Below, piece after piece: positions 28,171 through 37,633 of a stretch of DNA of 64,000 nt (position 1 is its first letter; every line of letters starts with the position of its first letter). The translations under genes and the position numbers were made by a program. The DNA lies in the NCBI GenBank assembly GCA_977020255.1, contig CDROCS010002105.1, positions 186,001 to 250,000 of the forward strand. Reading direction: 5' to 3'. The DNA comes from Obrimoposthia wandeli. Lineage: Eukaryota. The notes under the pieces were generated by a model, which searched no databases, had not been told where the DNA came from, and saw only the letters and a list, made by a program, of their open reading frames with translations.

Positions 28171-30276
28171 TCGCCAAATGGTCATTTCAGACAGGCTATG
28201 CTGAAATTTACGTTTCGTTTCTCTAATCACAAAAGGGATTTCTTTTACTGCAATAAGCTCAAATCGGCTGATTAAGTTTTCTGTTAGTCCGTCTAGGGTT
28301 GTAAAGTTCTCGCCGTTTACTTTCTTGCCACCTAGCCAGTTATCTTTATTCGTGTAATCTTCTAGCCAAGTATATGGCGAGGTAATCACTAAATATCCCC
28401 CCGTGTTGATGCGATCATAGATCGAAGATAAAAACTGCCTAGGGTCACCAAGTCGGTCAATCAAATTAGAGGCATAAATAAGATCATAGCCAGTATATTG
28501 AGGTTTCAGGTTGCAGGCGTCTCCTTGCATAAAACTGACTTTATCAGCTATTTCAAGATAGTTAAGTTCAGCTAACGTTATGCTTTTAAATTCAACTAAA
28601 TCACCTTCTGTACGAATGGCATAACGCTTTTCACCTTGTTCAATAAACGTGCAAGCTTGCTGAATAAAACGAGCAGAAAAATCTAATCCATCAACATGGT
28701 CAAATGTTTTGGCGAGTTCAAGCGAAGCTCGCCCGACAGAACAACCGATATCAAGGGCTTTGGTTTTATGAGTGAGTTGCAGCTCTTGTAAGCATTGTTT
28801 CACACCATTAACGCAGAAGTTTTCAACCGAAAAATATTCAGAACCATAGTGAAACTCAAGGTATTGTGAAATAAGTTCATCGGTTTCATATACGTTGTTT
28901 TGCGCCATCTCTTCAGGTTTTTGGTTTGATTCTACGTAGCGAAACCCTGCATGTTGATAAAAATGACGGCGGAAAGCATAACGAGACGCTTTAATCGATT
29001 CGTTACCCGTTGAGATCCAAGATCCCCCTTTCATTAAGTTATGTAGGCCATCAAAGGTAGGGGTAGAGAAGTCATCATATAAAGGATGAACCTGAAAGCC
29101 GTTAAAGCCGTCTATGGGGGTTTCTGTCCATTGCCATACATTACCTATCACATCGTACAGGCCGTTATGTTCAAAGCGGTTCACAGGGCAAGAAGATGCA
29201 AAGTATTCCAAATGAATATTACCAGGCGCTTCAGACCAATGTGGAGAGTCGGTATTGATGTTATCGCGTAACACATACCATTCGGCTTCAGTCAGTAAGC
29301 GAATGTTTGCGTGGTTTTGTTCTGCTTTCCAATTGCAAAATGCTTTTGCTTCTAATTGATTAACTTCAACTGGCCAGTTTAAAGGTAAGGCGATTTCACT
29401 TGTTAAATTACGTTGTAATATTCTGTTTTCTTCTAATCGCCAAAATCGCGGCATTGTTGCTTTTGTGTAGGCTAACCAACCTTGCCCTTCATCACTCCAG
29501 TAGCGTGGTTGTTGATAACCGTCAGCTTTCACAAACTCAAGATACTCCTGATTAGAAACAAGAAATTTAGCGGCTTTAAAGTTATCGATAGTAAAAGATT
29601 GTTCACCAAATTCATTATCCCAACCGTACGTTTGGTCATCATCTTTTCTGCCTAGTGATACGCTTTTTCCAGAAATACTCAACAAGGTATTATTAGGTGA
29701 TACACCATCGTCAAGGCAGGGTTTCCAATTATCATGAGACGTTACATCAGCCAGAGGTAGCTGGCGGATAATGACGGAAGAGGTTTCTAGGTGAATACGT
29801 TCGTGTTCAATGCCCATTAAGACCACCCAAGCTGGATCTGTCTGAGTGATGGGTAAAGGTAAGGGCATCTCATCAATAAATTGATTGACTCGCGTACACA
29901 CTTTTTTACGATAATCTTTAACGGTATCAACCTTTGGCCAGTCATAATGGGTAGCATCAAGATCGTCCCACGACATTTCATCTACACCAATGGCGAACAT
30001 CGATTCAAAGTGAGTGTTTATGTGTGAATCAATGTACTTTCCAAACTTTAACTTATTGATATAAAAGGTAGCTGTGTGACCAAAATAAAAAATGAGAGGA
30101 TGGCGTAATGGCTCTGCTTTTTTGAAATAAGCCTCATCATTATTGACAATGTCGAAGAGTGATTCGTAAAGAGCCCATGTTTGATTGAAATAGTCTTTTA
30201 GCTCCTGTCGTTTATGTTGTTCAGATGTGCCTGTTAATAGAACGGTTTGAGTATTGATTATTGTTTTATTGTCCAT
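28162..30276 (-). CDS. ovoA: 5-histidylcysteine sulfoxide synthase / methyltransferase (ovothiol biosynthesis)
   Basis: HPLIFYFGHTA, AIGVDEMSWDD, iron-binding HERIHLE, FGE-sulfatase domain, AFRRHFYQHAGFR, C-terminal SAM motif LDIGCSVGR. Confidence 0.9.
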   Translation of the reverse strand: MDNKTIINTQTVLLTGTSEQHKRQELKDYFNQTWALYESLFDIVNNDEAYFKKAEPLRHPLIFYFGHTATFYINKLKFGKYIDSHINTHFESMFAIGVDEMSWDDLDATHYDWPKVDTVKDYRKKVCTRVNQFIDEMPLPLPITQTDPAWVVLMGIEHERIHLETSSVIIRQLPLADVTSHDNWKPCLDDGVSPNNTLLSISGKSVSLGRKDDDQTYGWDNEFGEQSFTIDNFKAAKFLVSNQEYLEFVKADGYQQPRYWSDEGQGWLAYTKATMPRFWRLEENRILQRNLTSEIALPLNWPVEVNQLEAKAFCNWKAEQNHANIRLLTEAEWYVLRDNINTDSPHWSEAPGNIHLEYFASSCPVNRFEHNGLYDVIGNVWQWTETPIDGFNGFQVHPLYDDFSTPTFDGLHNLMKGGSWISTGNESIKASRYAFRRHFYQHAGFRYVESNQKPEEMAQNNVYETDELISQYLEFHYGSEYFSVENFCVNGVKQCLQELQLTHKTKALDIGCSVGRASLELAKTFDHVDGLDFSARFIQQACTFIEQGEKRYAIRTEGDLVEFKSITLAELNYLEIADKVSFMQGDACNLKPQYTGYDLIYASNLIDRLGDPRQFLSSIYDRINTGGYLVITSPYTWLEDYTNKDNWLGGKKVNGENFTTLDGLTENLISRFELIAVKEIPFVIRETKRKFQHSLSEMTIWRKR

Positions 30277-30526
30277 GCCTTAGTAAAGCTCCATACAAGA
30301 AATCGTTATTTTAGAGTTACGTGAACTGCGAATGGTGTTTATATATGCCGACGAGGCTTTCAGATTGTTATTAAGTCTAGTAAAAACAATCAAATTTGCA
30401 GTGCTATCGAAGCCACATCAGACGATTTGTTTTCAGAAAGGTAATGAACAAACTGAAAATGGAAAAGAAGAGTATTTTTTTGCCATACTTAATGTACAAC
30501 TTAGCCAATGAAGCAAGTGAAAAAGG

Positions 30527-31105
30527 ATGAGCAATTTGAAAATGGCGTGGCGAATACCAACATGGGTATTGGTTGGAATTGGTTTATTACTCAATGTAGT
30601 CTCGGCCTTGATGACCAACTTTTACATTGATGACTCCACACGACAAATAAATAGTCAGATTCAACAGCAAGCAAGTAATGACAAATTAATCACATTAATT
30701 TGGCAACAAGTTGAAACGGTAGAGCGTAAAAAAGAACATGTTTTAGAACTTCTTTCAAATAGTGAATATATGAGTAAGCCATTAATTCCAGAAATTAAAA
30801 ATCAAGTAATGAGTGACCTAACTTATTGGTTAGGTGATGATGTTTCATCATTATCTATCACTACACTGTCTAACTTGATGGGTAAAATAAATACTGTGCA
30901 ATTTGAGCAAAGAGAAAAGATAAATCAGCTGTATCTAGATAATTTAGAGTTGATTGATAGTTATACAAGTGAGATGGAATATATATCACAGCTAAGAAGT
31001 TTGGCTTTGTTTTTGCAAGTGATTGGTCTTGGGCTCGTTTTATCTAGAGATTTAAATCGTCGAGATTACAACGAAAAGTACCACGATAGATTTGTTGATA
31101 AATAG
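30527..31105 (+). CDS. Two-TM membrane protein with a helical periplasmic domain
   Basis: TM near residues 10-31, ~130 aa amphipathic helices, TM near the C-terminus, short tail; AAAAGGA RBS. Confidence 0.75.
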   Translation: MSNLKMAWRIPTWVLVGIGLLLNVVSALMTNFYIDDSTRQINSQIQQQASNDKLITLIWQQVETVERKKEHVLELLSNSEYMSKPLIPEIKNQVMSDLTYWLGDDVSSLSITTLSNLMGKINTVQFEQREKINQLYLDNLELIDSYTSEMEYISQLRSLALFLQVIGLGLVLSRDLNRRDYNEKYHDRFVDK

Positions 31106-31113
31106 ATTGATAT

Positions 31114-31150
31114 AAAAAGATAAGCCCCGAATAAATCAGGGCTTAAAAAA
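31114..31150. terminator. Terminator between convergent genes
   Basis: TAAGCCC...GGGCTTA flanked by A-rich tracts. Confidence 0.55.
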
Positions 31151-31162
31151 CTTCAGGACCAC

Positions 31163-31480
31163 TTACTTATTTGTAGAGTGGAAGGCGAAACGTGATGATT
31201 TCTTACCTGTTTCTGTGGTTGCTTTGTATTTTACTGAACGTGAATTTTCCAGCGTTAATGGAATAAACACACGACCATTTTCATCCGTTTGGTAGCTCTG
31301 TCTTTGTTGAGGTACATTGGCGACAGACACTGAAGCATTAGCTGCTGGAGCGCCATTTTCAGTTACGGTGATCCACGCACCGTTATGTGTATCTGCGACT
31401 CGAATATCTGCTAATACTGAAGTAGACATCAAAATCACTGCTGTGGCTGTAATTACTTTCAAGCTAGACATAATCCTCAC
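31163..31480 (-). CDS. Secreted beta-sandwich hypothetical protein
   Basis: Signal peptide ending VLA; TDENGRV motif typical of prealbumin/Ig-like folds. Confidence 0.6.
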   Translation of the reverse strand: MRIMSSLKVITATAVILMSTSVLADIRVADTHNGAWITVTENGAPAANASVSVANVPQQRQSYQTDENGRVFIPLTLENSRSVKYKATTETGKKSSRFAFHSTNK

Positions 31481-31959
31481 CTCATCGTTTGGCTATATTG
31501 CCATTTTTATAAGAGTTTGTATTCACATCACCTTATAAGACCTGTCCTTCATAAAAAATATTTCAAAATAATAATAATAAATGTAAGTTCCTATTATTAC
31601 AGTGTGTTAGGTATCAATGATAAAACTGAGTTCTCATGTTAGTGAAAGTAAATATTCTATTTATTTCATTATCTAGCCAAGTGTTAAGGCTAATATGTCT
31701 TTGGTTTGTTACTTCACTACTGATATCAGTATAGTACCTAGCAACAATTGTACGGGTGGTTTTTCAAGTTGGATCAGTTTTAACGATATTATTTTACATT
31801 AAGACTTAATTTCTCAAATGTGAATCAATATATCGAAATGTTCTATCTGTGTTGGCGTTATTGTTTTTGAATATTAGGCTTGTTGAATTCCCGCCTTATA
31901 AAATAAAGAAATAAATGTAATATTTTATAAGGCGAAATTTTTCGTACTCAGTATGACTC

Positions 31960-33171
31960 TTAGTGTGTATTTAATTGGTCAACAATATAATCTGCGATAG
32001 GGAAGCAGGATGTTGCAGCAGGTGAAGGGGCATTACAGACAATTAAACAATGCTTAGTACGGTGAAATAGAAAGTCGTCAATTAACTCTCCCTCTTGATT
32101 AACAGCTTGCGCACGAATACCTGAAGGATAGGGGAGCAAATCATTACGATGAAGTGCCGGACAGTATTTTTGAACAAGTTTTAGGTACCCAGATTTCCAC
32201 ATGCTATTTTTAAATTCGATCAATGCAGAATAAAAGTGTTTGCGAACAACTTTTCGAAACCCTGGATAGGTGATCATTTCAGCGCAATCTTTTAGGTGAA
32301 TGTGGTACTTGTCGTAGTGTTCACGAGAAAAGTTAACAACAGCATTAGGGCCAACAGTCACACTACCATCAATCATTCGTGTTAAATGTACGCCAAGAAA
32401 AGGTAACTCAGGATCAGGTATAGGATAGATTAGGTGGCGAATTAAATTATTATGTTGCTTCGGTAATTGATAATAATCCCCTCTGAATGGCACGATTTGA
32501 AAATTTGGCTCATCACCCAGCATTCGAACCAGCCTATCTGCTGTTAATCCACCACAAGCGATTAGAGAGTTAGCATGGAAGGTTGTGTTACTTGTTATCA
32601 CTGTTACACCAGTCTCAGACTCATCTAGGTAGGTAACCTGATGCTCGAAGAGCACTTGTCCGCCTGCTTGTTCAATAAGCTCGACAAGTTTTACACAAAT
32701 TTCTTTATAATTCACAATACCAGTGGTTGGCACATAAATAGCCCCAAGCCCTTCAATATTTGGTTCTCGCTCTCTTAATGACTGCTTATCAAGAACCTCG
32801 AATTCAATGCCATTTAATATTGCGCGCTCGCCAAGGATTTCCATTCTCTTTAATTCCGCATTGGATGTTGCAACAAGTAGCTTGCCGCATTCATCAAAAG
32901 GAATTTGATACTCTTCGCAAAATTGTTTAATGGCAATATTGCCACGGCAGCAAAATTGAGATTTTAAACTACCGGGTGTGTAGTAAATGCCCGCATGTAT
33001 TACACCACTATTATGACCAGTTTGGTGACAAGCAGGCGTCATCTCTTTTTCGACTACAATAATTTGACTATCGGGGTAGCGTTTTTGCAGCTCCCACGCG
33101 GTGCTTAGTCCTATAATTCCCGCCCCAATGATCAAATAATCACAATGAACCATGCGAAGTCCTTTTAGCAT
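31960..33171 (-). CDS. lhgO: L-2-hydroxyglutarate oxidase/dehydrogenase
   Basis: GAGIIG FAD motif, HQTGHNSGVIHAGIYYTPGSLK, PFLGVHLTRMIDG, GIRAQA, CNAPSPAATS. Confidence 0.88.
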   Translation of the reverse strand: MLKGLRMVHCDYLIIGAGIIGLSTAWELQKRYPDSQIIVVEKEMTPACHQTGHNSGVIHAGIYYTPGSLKSQFCCRGNIAIKQFCEEYQIPFDECGKLLVATSNAELKRMEILGERAILNGIEFEVLDKQSLREREPNIEGLGAIYVPTTGIVNYKEICVKLVELIEQAGGQVLFEHQVTYLDESETGVTVITSNTTFHANSLIACGGLTADRLVRMLGDEPNFQIVPFRGDYYQLPKQHNNLIRHLIYPIPDPELPFLGVHLTRMIDGSVTVGPNAVVNFSREHYDKYHIHLKDCAEMITYPGFRKVVRKHFYSALIEFKNSMWKSGYLKLVQKYCPALHRNDLLPYPSGIRAQAVNQEGELIDDFLFHRTKHCLIVCNAPSPAATSCFPIADYIVDQLNTH

Positions 33172-33366
33172 ATTGAAATGAATTTAAGCCATGTTAGAAG
33201 ATGCGAATGAATATAACTGTGTGCTGAGATAAAAATAAGAGATAAATATTTACCACAAAGGCACCTTTAGTGAGTCGTGGTAAGTTGGCTGGAGTAAGGT
33301 TTTTTGACATATACATTTGTTTTTATTGCTTAAATACTAGTTTAGTGCGATGTTGAAAAATATAAA

Positions 33367-33882
33367 ATGAATAGGGAGTTCGTAATGGAAGTGATAGTTC
33401 GTCATCTTGAATCGAAAGATATTGAACAAGTTAAAAATCTGTACGCAGGAAAAAATGCTTATAGCGGAACACTTCAATTACCGCTGCCCTCACTTGATGC
33501 ATGGAGTAAGCGCCTAAGTGATTTACCTGCGGGTGTGCATTCATTGGTGGCCGAGAAAGAAGGCGTCATTGTTGGACAGTTAGGCTTTGAAGTCTGCCAG
33601 AATGCGAGACGCAGGCATGTGGCTTCATTTGGTATGGCTGTACATGATGATCACCAAAAACAAGGAATAGGCAGTAAATTGCTTAGCGAGATCATCGATC
33701 TTGCTGAAAATTGGCTTAATGTTCAGCGTATTGAGCTGACTGTGTATACAGATAATCACTCTGCTATCGCCTTGTATGAAAAGCATGGTTTTGTGATAGA
33801 AGGCGAATCAGTTAACTATGCATTTCGTAATGGGTGTTACGTCAACGTATATCAAATGGCAAGAGTCAAAAAGCAATTGTAA
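33367..33882 (+). CDS. GNAT acetyltransferase (YhhY/AaaT-like)
   Basis: RRRHVASFGMAV, QKQGIGSKL, NWLNVQRIELTVYTDN. Confidence 0.88.
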   Translation: MNREFVMEVIVRHLESKDIEQVKNLYAGKNAYSGTLQLPLPSLDAWSKRLSDLPAGVHSLVAEKEGVIVGQLGFEVCQNARRRHVASFGMAVHDDHQKQGIGSKLLSEIIDLAENWLNVQRIELTVYTDNHSAIALYEKHGFVIEGESVNYAFRNGCYVNVYQMARVKKQL

Positions 33883-33940
33883 GAGGCTATCTTTGTAGTC
33901 ATACACAAAGATGAAGAATCTTGTGCAGTTTAGCTCGCCC

Positions 33941-34480
33941 TTATGCATCTACGAGTACGCCTAACTCATAACATTCGACATTTTCAGTAATCATATTGAC
34001 ACGAGCGGCATCGTTTTTGGTTGTAATATGGCGCATGCCTATTTTTTGCATAACCTTACCTGGTGCAGAATCGCGGCTGAGGTGACGAGCATAAAGCAGT
34101 TGAAGGTTTAGTCGCTTGAAGCCAAACTCGACAATACGAGCAGCCGCTTCAGTGCAATACCCTTTACCCCAATAGGGTACACCAATCCAATAGCCTAATT
34201 GTGCGGTCTCATTTTCTATATTATGCAGGCCAATGCAGCCAACGAGTCGATCGTTAGATTTAAGCGTGATCGCAAAGATTGCAGACTTTTGGCTTTGCCA
34301 TCCAGCAATGTTTTTACCAATCCATTGTCCAGCGACACCATCATCATAGGGGTGCGGAATGTTGATCGTACCATTCGCTATATTGGGGTCCCCGGCTAAT
34401 TGCTGAATTTTTGGCGCGTCTGATAGTCCAAAAGGGCGTAAAACCAATCTTTCAGTTGTAAGTAGAGGCTGTTGTCTCAT
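33941..34480 (-). CDS. GNAT acetyltransferase, RimJ/RimL type
   Basis: TERLVLRPF, QLGYWIGVPYWGKGYCTEA. Confidence 0.88.
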   Translation of the reverse strand: MRQQPLLTTERLVLRPFGLSDAPKIQQLAGDPNIANGTINIPHPYDDGVAGQWIGKNIAGWQSQKSAIFAITLKSNDRLVGCIGLHNIENETAQLGYWIGVPYWGKGYCTEAAARIVEFGFKRLNLQLLYARHLSRDSAPGKVMQKIGMRHITTKNDAARVNMITENVECYELGVLVDA

Positions 34481-34656
34481 TTCTTCCTATCCTGAGTAAT
34501 TGTGATCTGTTGTCGATATTAAAGCTGTTTCATAGGTAAGATAATATCGAGTAGATCAATATTCTGTTCGATATTTACTCACTAACAACCGTTTTCAACA
34601 TGAGATAACATAGGAATACAATAGACATGGGTATATTGAAAGGAAACAGACCCTAA

Positions 34657-35100
34657 TCAACGTTTCCATTCAGATTCGCCCTGTTGGGCAATTGTCGACA
34701 ATGCTTTTCGTATATCCTTTTCAATCAGATACTTAATAAGCCAACCTGTGCCACTTATCTTAGGGGAGAATTTAATACGATAATGGATAAGGCTTTGAGT
34801 CGCGTTAATGCTTTGAAAACGAATCCAACTACCGTGTTCTTTAATTGGACCTCCGTTTATGATTTTGTAATGGAGGTGTTCATTCTCTTTGTAATCGATA
34901 ATCTGTTCTTGGAATTTAAAAGGACCTGTGGTCACTTCTCTGACAGCACCAATTCCGTTGGTATTAGGCTTTCCTTGTCTAACTAAAGAAAAATCAGCAT
35001 AAAAAAATCGACCCAATTTTTCATGATCAGAGAGTAGGTTAAATAGAATTTTTTTTGGCACATTAGCTGTTTGCTCTAATGTGATGGTGTGAATTCCCAT
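34657..35100 (-). CDS. SRPBCC (polyketide cyclase-like) family protein
   Basis: GIGAVREV, FQEQIIDY, LHYKII; 147 aa. Confidence 0.8.
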   Translation of the reverse strand: MGIHTITLEQTANVPKKILFNLLSDHEKLGRFFYADFSLVRQGKPNTNGIGAVREVTTGPFKFQEQIIDYKENEHLHYKIINGGPIKEHGSWIRFQSINATQSLIHYRIKFSPKISGTGWLIKYLIEKDIRKALSTIAQQGESEWKR

Positions 35101-35755
35101 TTTCCTGACCTCTCAGCAAAACATAACAACATGTTAACAAAATGTAAAGTTGTGTCAAGTTTTAGCATTATCTCTCGATTGGTGATTTTTTGTAATTGTT
35201 TTGTCTGAGCTTAACCCTGAATGAAGTGTTAATTACACACAATGATTAATCTTGGATGAATATTTTGGCACAAGAAAACTTTATAAAATATGAAACAAGA
35301 TATTCATTGGTAAGCAAGGTGTTACGCACAAGAGTAAAGTTAATCTTACGGTATTAGTGTACTTAATAGTGATCTTTATCCCAAAATAAATTCAATAGAT
35401 GCTTGTAAAAAACGTCAAACCCTCTTATATTGGTTTTGAAGATATAAATCGTATGGTGAAAAATATAGAAAGCTTGGTTAACCTTACTCCATTCAAATAA
35501 GGTAACTTCTGAACATAGCCCCCACGAAAATATCTCATTGTTCTTTTATATCCCTAGGCACAATAAAAATAAACCACATACTGTTGGTTTTATTTATGCC
35601 TATTAGATAGGGATTAGGAGAACGTTTTACTTTTATCTAGTTTGTAATGTGTTCGTCATAATTCGCTGGGTATAGTAGAACAAATAGAGAGTGAGAACGA
35701 TATGAAATTATAAGTAATATCATGCTTGCTCATTGTTGATAATGAGAGGTATATT

Positions 35756-35824
35756 ATGAAAACTCAAAATCGTCGTAAGTGGTTTTACTACAAAAACCAA
35801 ACGACTAAAACACAAATCAAATAA
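35756..35824 (+). CDS. Candidate 22-aa small protein MKTQNRRKWFYYKNQTTKTQIK
   Basis: GAGAGG RBS 6 nt before ATG; three tandem hairpins downstream; below the ORF-track size cutoff. Confidence 0.4.
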   Translation: MKTQNRRKWFYYKNQTTKTQIK

Positions 35825-36085
35825 ATAGAAAACACGTTTGAGCGGAAGATTGGGCTTGTTACCAATCAACTGAAAGTTGTGCCCCGATAGCTTTCAGTAC
35901 CCAGTAGCCAGAGACATTAAGATAAAAAACCATGTTTCTGGCTAACTAAAACTTTCCAACCTATTATTTTTTTCTAGCTAAACGCCTTATTTAAATATAA
36001 TCCGACGTGATATTTTATTTACCAAACCAAAAGCAAACGATTGCCATTCTGTTCGATATATTATTATTTATAAGACTGAAGATGG

Positions 36086-36664
36086 TTATTGGTAGATATT
36101 ACCGCGAATAGTTGCTTTTTCTGGAATGGATTGCACGGGCGCGCCCCCTAAATAAACATTACCTCCTACAACGAGGAAAGTGGAAAGTTCTTTTATTGCT
36201 GTATTTGCAAGGTATAAATTGCCACCGACATACAAATAGGGAGGAAGTGTGGTCAATTGGGTTCCCATTAAGCTTAAATCACTTTTTACCTGTAACCCGT
36301 TAGTGAGGTTGGTGATTTTCGAATGAGCAAGATTTATATGCCCACCCACCTTCAAAAGTCTTGGTAGTTCGGTAACGTCGCTATAAGCTAAATTTAGACT
36401 ACCTGTAACAGTTAATTTTTTGGGCAAACGTTGAATACGACTATTTTCTAAATCAAGATTGCCAGTTACAAGCATTGGATCTGGCAGAGTAAGGTTTCTT
36501 GCGTTCCTTAAAGACACATTCCCATAAGAGTCGGTGTAATTAAGTAGCTTTAATTCTGAGATATACTGATTAGCATAAGCGACATGTGTTGTTTGAAGGG
36601 TTAGTAACAAAAGTAGTGTTTTACACTTTATTTTCAATGAATTAGATAATAAAATATTTCCCAT
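36086..36664 (-). CDS. Secreted protein with six 20-aa LRR-like repeats
   Basis: Signal peptide (AYA); repeats of consensus L-x-V-x-G-x-L-x-L-x4-I-x-x-L-P. Confidence 0.75.
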   Translation of the reverse strand: MGNILLSNSLKIKCKTLLLLLTLQTTHVAYANQYISELKLLNYTDSYGNVSLRNARNLTLPDPMLVTGNLDLENSRIQRLPKKLTVTGSLNLAYSDVTELPRLLKVGGHINLAHSKITNLTNGLQVKSDLSLMGTQLTTLPPYLYVGGNLYLANTAIKELSTFLVVGGNVYLGGAPVQSIPEKATIRGNIYQ

Positions 36665-36795
36665 TATTTTTTGTTCTCCTCCGAAAAAGCGTTATGACCA
36701 TGATTTCATTCGAGATGCTCGAGCCATAATGCCTTACTTAAGTATACTGTCAATTAAAAAACCTCAGCTATTCTACTGAGGTTTGGAATGTTTTG

Positions 36796-37554
36796 TTAGA
36801 TATAGTTATGAATTATATCGTCGAGTTTACCTGTGCTTTTTAATGTTTTAAGGCGCTCGTTGATAAAGGCTTGTACATCTGCATCCATTTTTGGGTCGAA
36901 AGCCAGATAAATCGGATAGTCTGGAATCACACTGCTGAAAGATTGTATTCGATAGGTATCGGAGTCCAGATTTTGTCGGCTAAGGTTGTATTTAATGCGT
37001 GATTGCATTTCAACAAAAGCCGTCTCTCCTGGTAATTTCTTAATGACACGAAATGCCGCTTTGTAGTCTTTTACTCTCAATTCTTCGACGTTGCCATCGT
37101 CAAAATAAGGGGCAAGTTGCGGGTAGTCAAAACCATGAAGAAGAACGATAACTTTATCATTCATATCTTTCATCGAGTTGAAGTCAAACATGTTATTAGT
37201 ACTTGTAACGAGTGAATGTTTAACATTATAAATAGGCATCTCGGATAGGTTTTCGGCTTGTACGCCTCCCCAATTAGGACTGCCATAGGTTATCCAATTC
37301 GCTTCGCCACCTTGTTCTAATAAAGATATCATTCGGTTAAAAGGGTAAACATGGTAATCGATATCGTATTTACTGCCGCTAAATACTGCTTTTACAATAT
37401 CTGTCACTATTCCTTTGTGTGTTTTATCTGGTGATTCAATTTGGAATGGAGTGGCTTGTTTAGCGATAACGTAATAATTAATTGTCTCAGATGATGCTTG
37501 AAAACTGGCACAACTTAACATTATTGCGGTTGATATAGAAAAAAGTCCTTTCAT
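36796..37554 (-). CDS. Periplasmic substrate-binding protein (family 3-like)
   Basis: Signal peptide; PFQI...GIVTDIVKAVF, YPFNRM, IYLAF. Confidence 0.8.
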   Translation of the reverse strand: MKGLFSISTAIMLSCASFQASSETINYYVIAKQATPFQIESPDKTHKGIVTDIVKAVFSGSKYDIDYHVYPFNRMISLLEQGGEANWITYGSPNWGGVQAENLSEMPIYNVKHSLVTSTNNMFDFNSMKDMNDKVIVLLHGFDYPQLAPYFDDGNVEELRVKDYKAAFRVIKKLPGETAFVEMQSRIKYNLSRQNLDSDTYRIQSFSSVIPDYPIYLAFDPKMDADVQAFINERLKTLKSTGKLDDIIHNYI

Positions 37555-37633
37555 TTTACATCCTTATCTTAACTATCCCTGTGAAGTGGCTATTATTATG
37601 GTAGTAGAATAACAATAAGATGCGAGTTTAAGG

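Noticed and set aside
35738-35756. Possible Fur box GATAATGAGAGGTATATTA
   Set aside because: Only about 12/19 to consensus in AT-rich DNA; right half does not match
35756-35824. Resemblance of KWF to the TnaC arrest peptide
   Set aside because: No downstream Asp/Pro at TnaC spacing and no plus-strand operon to attenuate
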